Assembly (NCBI GenBank): GCA_964578845.1
Contig: CAZOEF010000001.1
Coordinates: forward strand, 276,820-340,819
DNA length: 64,000 bases
DNA from: Candidatus Woesearchaeota archaeon
Lineage (GTDB): Archaea; Nanobdellota; Nanobdellia; Pacearchaeales; GW2011-AR1
Direction: 5' to 3'
The notes under the pieces were generated by a model. That model was not told where the DNA came from. It saw only the letters and a list, made by a program, of their open reading frames with translations, and did no database searches. The stretch's first letter is position 1. Each line of letters begins with the position of its first letter. The position numbers and the translations under genes were made by a program. Positions 18,218 to 25,259 of this stretch are shown here, one piece after another.

Positions 18218-21200
18218 TATAACCTCCTGTTATTGCCAAGCATTCTCCTGGATTGCCAAAGCCATCTTTGCACTTGACATAATAATTAAGCCCTGTTTCA
18301 AATCCTGAAGTGTGGACTAGACCTTCTCCTGACATTAATGAACCATTCTCAAAATTGAATGAACAGCTATCATGAGAGTAGGCACACATTGCAGGACTAT
18401 CAGTCACTATGGTTAAGCCGTTTTGATTATATGCCCTTGTTATTAATGGGCCTTTATTATCAACCTCAATTGTGAACTGCGAATTTCCTGTGGCAATATT
18501 GCCTGCTGTATCTTCACAGCGGATCGCTATATTGTAATCCCTTGCTTGCCAAAGGCTTACATCCCTTTGTTTGTGGGTATTAGTTCCTGTTTCTAAAAAT
18601 TGGAAATAATTTCCACTTCCATCATGATCGTAAGAACATTCCCTAAGCGTATCTTCTGCCCCTCCAGAGGTTTGTACTTCTAACTGTATCTTAACAGGAA
18701 GGCCTGCAGAATAAATCGTCTCATTGTTTGGAGAGATAGATATTATCTCTAAAGGATTCTCAGTCCTTTTTAGAGTGTATTTAACACTTTCAGAATTTTT
18801 GTTCCGTTCCTTATTATCAGGATTGCTGACTTCTAGCCATGGCTGGTCCTTGCACCTGAAATTATATTCGCTTGTTTCATTATTTATTGGCAGAGTAGTT
18901 TCACAAAGCCATCCGAACGGTGTTGATTCCTCAAAAATTTGGCTGCAGTTCACTTCGTTAGCCATGACATCAAAGTCTGTATCTTGCTTATCCCAGCGGC
19001 ATTCAGAAGGCTCATTTGTATAGAAACTTATATCTGCTTCTGTTGCATTAAGCGCTACATGGCCATTTGACTGCGGATCAAATCTGGAGATTATCGGAGG
19101 TGTCAAATCATCCTCAGGAGAAATACAGAAGCTGACAGTATAATCTCTCTTGTTTGTGTTCCCAGTTTTATCACTGCAGCTTATATACATATTAAAGTCA
19201 GCCCTTTCATCAGGCTCTACTATGTCATCAGCACCTAATAATCCCAAAGAAGGAAGTCTATCCTGTATTAAGTGATTAGTTTTGTAAGAGTTTGAGCCTC
19301 CGATGAATCCTTCCATCTCTTCAAATGGCACCCTTAATTCAGAAGCTTTGCACTGGGCAGCTTCATCGACCTCTATTCCGAAAGATACTAATGAATAGGC
19401 AGGCAAACATCCATCGCTTGTTGAGCCTTCTACCCTAAAGCCTGAATCAGATACTTGTGAATAACTTAGACCATCGGATAACGCATCTTCGTCGGGAGAA
19501 ATTGCTGGAGCAGTCACATCATCCGGAGCTACATTAACACAAGCTTGATCAGAAGTTCCTTCATTGATAAATTCACATGTTTGGCCCAGGCTTTCACACT
19601 TGTATTTATTGCAAGGTAAACCATTATCTCCACATTGTCCACACATCTCCCCTCCCTTAGGGGGCTGCCACGGCAGGCATTGGAAAGAGATAAGCTTTGT
19701 CTTTTTCTTTCCCCATCCTAAAAGCCATCCTATACCTATGAATGCGAGAGTCGCTGCTGCTAAAATCCATCCTACAATTGGTATCCATACAGAAACTTGC
19801 ACTGCAACTAAAGAAAACCCTATAAGTGCTCCTGCTGCGGCCCCTGCAATTATTAATGCATACTGCCATTCTTCTGATAATCCTCCCCCTATTCCTGAGA
19901 ATTTTATGAGCATTGAGGTTATTGCTGCTCCGATCAATGCCCCTGCAACTACCCCTCCTGCTGCTCCTAAACCGGGCTGGACTGGACCAACAAAATCTGC
20001 TGGTAGGAATGCTGTACTTCCTAACAAAGTACCTTGTAGTACGCCTGCAGACCCTGCATAGGCCAAAGCTACTCCTGCGAAACCAGTTACTCCTGAAATA
20101 ACATCAAGAGCTAATTCCTCAGGATTATAGTTAGGATCAGTGATATCAAAACCGAACAATGCTGCAATTTCATCTTCGCTCAATGGAGAGGCGACTTTTC
20201 CAGGAATAGGGTCTTTTAATTCTTGCAGTCCTGAAAGATATTTTTCCCCTAGTTCAGGAGCATTTTTAATTGAATATCCATCTGTAGTATATTCTCCTAA
20301 AATGTTGACTTGTACTCCGCAGTCCCCCAAACTCATGCACAAATTGTTTAAGGTCTCTGTAAAATCAGCATCATCGCATCTTGCGTTTATTTTTGTTGAA
20401 TCTCCGAATGCTTCTTTGATAGTGATCTTTTTGCAGTTCAAACTAGCTAAAGCGCACTGAGTTTCTTTAGCAGAACCTCCTATCTCTGTGTTTAGATTAA
20501 AACCTGGCGGATATTTAGGAACACATAAATCAAATTCAAAAGTATCCTTGCTGCTTTGGGCCATATCTACATGCATGATCTTGCAATCTGTATTCTCTTC
20601 GCATTTTGCTAAATCATCTGGATCTTCATTTGCCTTAAGGCACAATGCCCATTGATTTGCCCTGCAGTCTGCTGTTGAAAAATCATTAGTGTTGGACTCT
20701 GTGCAAATTTCCCTCCTGCCCGGTGCACAGGATTCCAAAATGACTTCTCCATCCCTGCAAGTTGAAATATAGTGGCTGCTTCCAGGGACATCAACAGACC
20801 GTTGATTATTTCCTGTTCCTTCAACTCCGATAGCACTCTCATAAACGCACCAGCTTTCCCCTTGGCTTCTTTCGTTTCCTTGCTCGTCTATGCAAGCAAG
20901 ATCCCTGCAAACAAAATCTCCATCAACTGGGGCTTCATCCTGCTCGCGGGGAGTGCCGCAAACACTTCCTGCAGGATAGAAACAATTTCCGCAAGTCGAT
21001 TGCTTTCCTAAAGGATCGTTACCTTGCGTGAGAGTGCAGCTTTCTGACTTAGGCAAGACTAAACCATTGTTCCAGCTTCTTGCTTTATTAGAATCATAAA
21101 TGTTCTCTCTATTTCCGCATGAATCAACCCAATAAACTTCATCTTTTCCTTCAAAACATTGTGTAGAGACCTGCTTTTCACAAATTGTGTTTAATCCGAT

Positions 21201-21905
21201 ATTTGAGCATAATAATCCTTCATTGAATTCACCGCCTATTGCAGAGCATTCTCCTTTTGTAGTGAATTTGCAATCATTTTTACTTTCTCCCGGCACTTCG
21301 CCCAATACGCAAGCCCCTTCTGCCTGCTGATTGCCTAATGCCAAGCATTCTAACTCATTAGAAACTTGCCTGAACTCATTTTCTATTCCAGTTCGTTGGC
21401 TTAAAATGGAACATGTGCTTTCAGTTATATATTGAGCATTATCCCCAATAAGACAGCATCCTGGACGGCATTCTGAAAGCTCTGATACTGCTCTTTCGTT
21501 CCACTCTCCTCCAGATTCATCGCAAAGAACTTTAGGAGTGTTAGCTAAACAAGTCCCTTCTGTTGGATCAATGCAAGTCCCTAATGTGCATTCAGCAAAA
21601 TCATCTCTTTTCCCAGGAAAACAATTATCTGAACAATAATCGTTGCATTCACTTGATAGATATTCCTGACATTTTGTTCCATTCTTATTCTCTAAACATG
21701 TCCATACACTGAGGTCATCAACTTGTGCTGAAACTAACCCTGAAGAAAGCCAATCCAGAAGATGAGCTCTTGCGAATCTGATGAATTTACTCTCGGTGTC
21801 ATCAGCAGCTGCAACATATGAATTTCCCTGTGCTATAATGAATGCTATTGATATGCTCATTGTCACTAATAGGAACATCTCAAAAAAAGCTATTTTCTTC
21901 CTCAT
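18210..21905 (-). CDS. giant (1231 aa) Cys-rich surface protein with a central glycine-zipper multi-TM region and C-terminal beta-sandwich-like repeats
   Basis: The start is set at the ATG of MRKKIAFFEMFLLVTMSISIAFIIAQG, which forms an ATGA overlap with the upstream stop; the ORF-track start is 21926. It has a Cys-rich ectodomain, a Gly/Ala-rich hydrophobic block (about nt 19712-20105) and four repeats with a C-[RKAS]-[WY]-[SD] ... C-x-D-x2-GN pattern. Confidence 0.85.
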   Translation of the reverse strand: MRKKIAFFEMFLLVTMSISIAFIIAQGNSYVAAADDTESKFIRFARAHLLDWLSSGLVSAQVDDLSVWTCLENKNGTKCQEYLSSECNDYCSDNCFPGKRDDFAECTLGTCIDPTEGTCLANTPKVLCDESGGEWNERAVSELSECRPGCCLIGDNAQYITESTCSILSQRTGIENEFRQVSNELECLALGNQQAEGACVLGEVPGESKNDCKFTTKGECSAIGGEFNEGLLCSNIGLNTICEKQVSTQCFEGKDEVYWVDSCGNRENIYDSNKARSWNNGLVLPKSESCTLTQGNDPLGKQSTCGNCFYPAGSVCGTPREQDEAPVDGDFVCRDLACIDEQGNERSQGESWCVYESAIGVEGTGNNQRSVDVPGSSHYISTCRDGEVILESCAPGRREICTESNTNDFSTADCRANQWALCLKANEDPDDLAKCEENTDCKIMHVDMAQSSKDTFEFDLCVPKYPPGFNLNTEIGGSAKETQCALASLNCKKITIKEAFGDSTKINARCDDADFTETLNNLCMSLGDCGVQVNILGEYTTDGYSIKNAPELGEKYLSGLQELKDPIPGKVASPLSEDEIAALFGFDITDPNYNPEELALDVISGVTGFAGVALAYAGSAGVLQGTLLGSTAFLPADFVGPVQPGLGAAGGVVAGALIGAAITSMLIKFSGIGGGLSEEWQYALIIAGAAAGALIGFSLVAVQVSVWIPIVGWILAAATLAFIGIGWLLGWGKKKTKLISFQCLPWQPPKGGEMCGQCGDNGLPCNKYKCESLGQTCEFINEGTSDQACVNVAPDDVTAPAISPDEDALSDGLSYSQVSDSGFRVEGSTSDGCLPAYSLVSFGIEVDEAAQCKASELRVPFEEMEGFIGGSNSYKTNHLIQDRLPSLGLLGADDIVEPDERADFNMYISCSDKTGNTNKRDYTVSFCISPEDDLTPPIISRFDPQSNGHVALNATEADISFYTNEPSECRWDKQDTDFDVMANEVNCSQIFEESTPFGWLCETTLPINNETSEYNFRCKDQPWLEVSNPDNKERNKNSESVKYTLKRTENPLEIISISPNNETIYSAGLPVKIQLEVQTSGGAEDTLRECSYDHDGSGNYFQFLETGTNTHKQRDVSLWQARDYNIAIRCEDTAGNIATGNSQFTIEVDNKGPLITRAYNQNGLTIVTDSPAMCAYSHDSCSFNFENGSLMSGEGLVHTSGFETGLNYYVKCKDGFGNPGECLAITGGYNA

Positions 21906-22675
21906 AATCCTGCAGGTATCACACACCCCCTTATTGCAATATTCATCTCTGTCTGAGTAGGCTTATCTTTAATAGTATATATTTTTGTTGAATCTGAAAG
22001 AGTCCACTTCCTGATATCGAACTGTGGATAAAGTATACTATAACCATTGCTGCTGAAATAACAGAACTGGGCTTCCTGCCTTGTGATCTCATTTGCTACA
22101 TAGCCTAGATCGTAAAGCGGGCTATCCAGATTAACACTGAAAGAGTCAAAGCTCTGTGTCTGGCCATTCTTAGTTATAGCCATATCCCTTAGAAGATTTA
22201 TTTCAACTATTCCTGGCTTAAGGACAATATCTGTAGTGAAATCTCCTCCAGAGACTTCGTAATTCTTAGACTCTAAGTCATCTTCCAATGCGATAAAGCA
22301 TTGCTCTATGTCATCCCGCATATTAGCGCTCAATTCTTCCTGCAAATGGGTTATATATCTAGGGTATTGCGTCACACATGGCTCGTAATTATTTATGTTC
22401 TTGCAAACATATGTAACTTTGATATCATTATAGAAGACAAAATCCTTTGGATTTACTAAGCCTCCTTGAGGGATCATCAAATCAATTTTTTCCCTCGCAC
22501 TTTCCCTTAAGCAGGTCCTGAGAAATGCATCCGGACTTTCATCATTTCCAGTTATAGATAGCTCACCATCTTTAGCAAACATATAGATAAGAATTATAGT
22601 TCCGACTAAGGCTATGGCTATTATAATAAATATCACCATCTGGCCTTTTTTATTCATTGGGCACCTCTTTCTCAT
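21902..22675 (-). CDS. class-III-signal (prepilin-like) protein
   Basis: MNKKGQMVIFIIIAIALVGTIILIY. GAGGTG lies 4 nt before the internal ATG at 22657, which is the likely true start. Paralogue of ORF 17414-18217. Confidence 0.75.
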   Translation of the reverse strand: MRKRCPMNKKGQMVIFIIIAIALVGTIILIYMFAKDGELSITGNDESPDAFLRTCLRESAREKIDLMIPQGGLVNPKDFVFYNDIKVTYVCKNINNYEPCVTQYPRYITHLQEELSANMRDDIEQCFIALEDDLESKNYEVSGGDFTTDIVLKPGIVEINLLRDMAITKNGQTQSFDSFSVNLDSPLYDLGYVANEITRQEAQFCYFSSNGYSILYPQFDIRKWTLSDSTKIYTIKDKPTQTEMNIAIRGCVIPAGL

Positions 22676-22799
22676 ATAATAGTTTAATAGCCTCTTCGAT
22701 TGCGTGGGATTTGTTCCTATATCTGCCGATCTTTAAGATTCTATCTAGAAGCTTCGCTGTTTTCTCCTCTACTGTTGCCGATAACCTCTCTTTTCCCAT
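22650..22799 (-). CDS. ribbon-helix-helix (CopG/Arc-like) small DNA-binding protein, 49 aa
   Basis: Below the ORF-track cutoff. My translation is MGKERLSATVEEKTAKLLDRILKIGRYRNKSHAIEEAIKLLYEKEVPNE, which shows a beta-strand plus two-helix RHH pattern. Its 3' end overlaps the next gene. Confidence 0.6.
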   Translation of the reverse strand: MGKERLSATVEEKTAKLLDRILKIGRYRNKSHAIEEAIKLLYEKEVPNE

Positions 22800-22807
22800 G
22801 AAGTACC

Positions 22808-22843
22808 TTAGTAATATTTAGTAATACTTTTTAATATAAAGTA
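22808..22843 (-). promoter_or_regulatory. putative promoter (TATA TTTATATT, 22833-22840) plus two perfect 9-bp direct repeats (TTAGTAATA at 22808-22816 and 22818-22826) as a candidate RHH operator
   Basis: The repeats are spaced exactly 10 bp apart. They lie between the TATA-like box and the RHH start codon at 22799. Confidence 0.4.
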
Positions 22844-22887
22844 TACTTTATAATATTTAATATGATATATAAATATATTGATTTAGA

Positions 22888-22924
22888 AGCAATAGAATAT
22901 CTTGTACTTTTTCCTCGTCCTGTT
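22888..22924. repeat. decayed duplicate of the last ~37 nt (incl. stop) of the COG2865-like gene; direct repeat of 22994-23030
   Basis: aagcaatagaatatcttgtactttttcctcgtcctgt versus aagcaatagaatatcttgtaccttttccttgtcctgt (2 mismatches), with the copies offset by 106 bp (start to start). Confidence 0.8.
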
Positions 22925-22940
22925 CATCTTAATGTTTATG

Positions 22941-22993
22941 ATTGTGGAACATTGTGGGACATTGCGGGACATTGCGGGACATTGCGGGACATT
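22941..22993. repeat. 10-bp tandem repeat, 5.3 copies (ATTGYGGRAC; three perfect ATTGCGGGAC)
   Basis: Read directly: attgtggaac attgtgggac attgcgggac attgcgggac attgcgggac att. It abuts the stop codon of the gene at 22992. Confidence 0.9.
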
Positions 22994-24395
22994 AAGCAAT
23001 AGAATATCTTGTACCTTTTCCTTGTCCTGTCTGTTTCAAAAATCCTTGTTGAACAAGCCCCTTTAAATCCCTTGTTGCTGTCTTTTCTGGAACACCTAGC
23101 AGTTTGCAATATTCTGCCCTATTTACACTCCCATTTGGTTTTAGATGTTTTAAAACCTTGACTTGCCTATCGTTTAGTAAACTGGAATCTCTGACCCTTT
23201 TGTAGGGAGAATCTACTATTTTAGAAACATCTTCTGGACCATATAGAATTATCTTGAAAGTGTTTTGTGTTGTGTGTATTGCGGGATCTCTGAGACCGTG
23301 TTTTTTCATTGCATTCTTTATCCTTTTTATACCATGTCCTTCCTGCTCCATGAGACTCATTTTTTCAAAGAAAAGGGCCAATACAGGATTCCTTCTTAAT
23401 GACAATCCATTGTCTTCAATTTCATCCCAAGAATAACCTGCAAAGGGAAAACCTCCAGGATTAACAATCTCTATTCTATCCTTAAATATTTTAACAAAAA
23501 TTTCTGTGCCTTCAATAAAATAGTCTCTATGAACAATTGCGTTTATAATGGCCTCCCGTATTGCCTCTGGAGGATATTCTGAAACATCTATCCTTTCAGT
23601 CCCTCTTACCAAGGAATAATTTCTAACATTTCTTAATATCTCAATATGAGTCTTTCTGAATAAGCTCTCCAAGTCTCCCGTGACCTCGCTTTTTATAAAT
23701 TCATTTGAAACATCACTAGTGGGAAATATGGAAATACTAATTTTGTTCTGAGGAATGAATTGAGAAGGATTTTTTCCAAACAACAATATTGCCGCATTCC
23801 TTACCTTTCCTGATCCATTAACAGATAATTCATGATTCGTCAAGAACTGCTTAACATCTAAAGTATCTTTACTCATATAGATTCCCTTATGCTTTTTTAA
23901 AAAATTAATAACAAGATCGTGATTAATATCATTGATTAATGCTGGACGATCAAAGCTCTTAGCAGGCATTTGATCAAAATGAATTTTTTTAGCTCTTTTC
24001 TCTCTTTCAATTATTTCATCTGGAGTTAGGGGGTGATTAACGCCTTCTCTTCTTTCATAAGAGACATTCTTATATGAGTAAATCGAACCGTTGCCTTGGG
24101 GAATCTTAACACAAATTATAAACTTCTCATTATCATGTTTAATCTTATTTATATCTATATTGACTGGGGGAGAGCAAACTCTTGAAACTTGTGTTATTCT
24201 ATCCTTTAATTTTTGATTATAAAATATTCCTTCAGGATCACCATTATCCTTTACTCCTAAGAATATAGTTCCCCCCTTCTTTGTGGAGAAAGCAGCCATT
24301 GTTCGGCCAAATTCTTCCTCTTTAAAAGAAGACTTGCATTCTACAGATTCGGATTCAAAATCCTTTAAATGCTCAAGAAGTTCGTGATAGTTCAT
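22992..24395 (-). CDS. COG2865-type protein: Schlafen/AlbA_2 DNA-binding domain + ATPase-like domain + C-terminal wHTH
   Basis: The N-terminal ESESVECKSS...GGTIFLGV pattern is typical of the AlbA_2 domain. The C-terminal wHTH is NRAEYCKLLGVPEKTATRDLKGLVQQGFL. About 467 aa. Confidence 0.7.
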   Translation of the reverse strand: MNYHELLEHLKDFESESVECKSSFKEEEFGRTMAAFSTKKGGTIFLGVKDNGDPEGIFYNQKLKDRITQVSRVCSPPVNIDINKIKHDNEKFIICVKIPQGNGSIYSYKNVSYERREGVNHPLTPDEIIEREKRAKKIHFDQMPAKSFDRPALINDINHDLVINFLKKHKGIYMSKDTLDVKQFLTNHELSVNGSGKVRNAAILLFGKNPSQFIPQNKISISIFPTSDVSNEFIKSEVTGDLESLFRKTHIEILRNVRNYSLVRGTERIDVSEYPPEAIREAIINAIVHRDYFIEGTEIFVKIFKDRIEIVNPGGFPFAGYSWDEIEDNGLSLRRNPVLALFFEKMSLMEQEGHGIKRIKNAMKKHGLRDPAIHTTQNTFKIILYGPEDVSKIVDSPYKRVRDSSLLNDRQVKVLKHLKPNGSVNRAEYCKLLGVPEKTATRDLKGLVQQGFLKQTGQGKGTRYSIA

Positions 24396-24443
24396 ATTTT
24401 TTATGATTTAATATAATATAAAAACATAGTCATTCATCCATAT

Positions 24444-25172
24444 TTAATCTTCCTGCTCTACTCTAGGCGCAAGGACAAAAGAAAGCATTATCTTTCCTGA
24501 AGGAAAATTTATCCTCATAGGATGGTTATCAGAGAAATTCAATTCAACATTATTAGCTACTTTTGACCCTTTTATGAACTTACTAAGGTACTCTAAGGAG
24601 AATCTTGCAGAGCTTGAATCAGAGAAGATCTGGACTTCATCGCTTGAAAACTCTGTCCTTGCTGAATGCAATCCCCTTGCCTCAATTATAAACCTGCTTG
24701 GCTCGGCGATGAATGTGCAAGCATCTGAAACAACCAGGCAGTCTTCAATTGCATCAACAAATGACTGTGCATCCATTTTGATCACACTCTTGAACTCCCA
24801 CTGAGGCATTTCCCTTTCCTCACCTTCAACATCGATCAAGGCCAGAGTAAAATCCCTCTTTATTTTGTCCTGGATGCTAAGCCTCAAAAAATTATCTTCT
24901 GTTTCCATTATCAGAGAGCTTCCAAGGCCGCACCTTCTTAAAATGGACTTAAGATTATCTAAGTTTACACCTAATACTTCCTGGTTGCCGACTTCATATT
25001 GGGCGAATAATTCAGCAGGAATATTGAAATAAACCATTGCAACGCTCGCAGGATCTATAGCTGTAAGGTGCATCCCTTTGTCATCAACCTTGATCCTTAC
25101 TTCGATGACTAATTCTGAGATAACACTCACCAGATTCGACAGAATCCTTGGGTCTTCCATCTTTATTTTCAT
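24444..25172 (-). CDS. pcn: DNA polymerase sliding clamp PCNA
   Basis: 242 aa with a two-domain pattern. LTAIDPASVAMVYFNIP and the acidic C-terminus are typical of archaeal PCNA. Confidence 0.85.
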   Translation of the reverse strand: MKIKMEDPRILSNLVSVISELVIEVRIKVDDKGMHLTAIDPASVAMVYFNIPAELFAQYEVGNQEVLGVNLDNLKSILRRCGLGSSLIMETEDNFLRLSIQDKIKRDFTLALIDVEGEEREMPQWEFKSVIKMDAQSFVDAIEDCLVVSDACTFIAEPSRFIIEARGLHSARTEFSSDEVQIFSDSSSARFSLEYLSKFIKGSKVANNVELNFSDNHPMRINFPSGKIMLSFVLAPRVEQED

Positions 25173-25259
25173 ATTTTTATGGATGATTATCTGCTTTTAA
25201 GCATTATTGTGATGTGAAGACAACAAACAATATAAAAAAGCGAGCGTAAGATTTTATGA

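Noticed and set aside
19564-20061. A 165-aa plus-strand ORF antisense to the giant gene, along with other antisense ORFs at 18724-19023, 20140-20460 and 20772-21011.
   Set aside because: These are shadow ORFs inside a minus-strand gene whose frame is supported by paralogy with the 500-aa protein. Their Pro/Ala/Ser-rich low-complexity translations mirror the Gly/Ala-rich sense frame.
22941-22993. Possible mini-CRISPR or telomere-like array of GGGACATTGC 10-mers.
   Set aside because: The units are contiguous with no spacers and only 10 bp long. This is a microsatellite-type tandem repeat.
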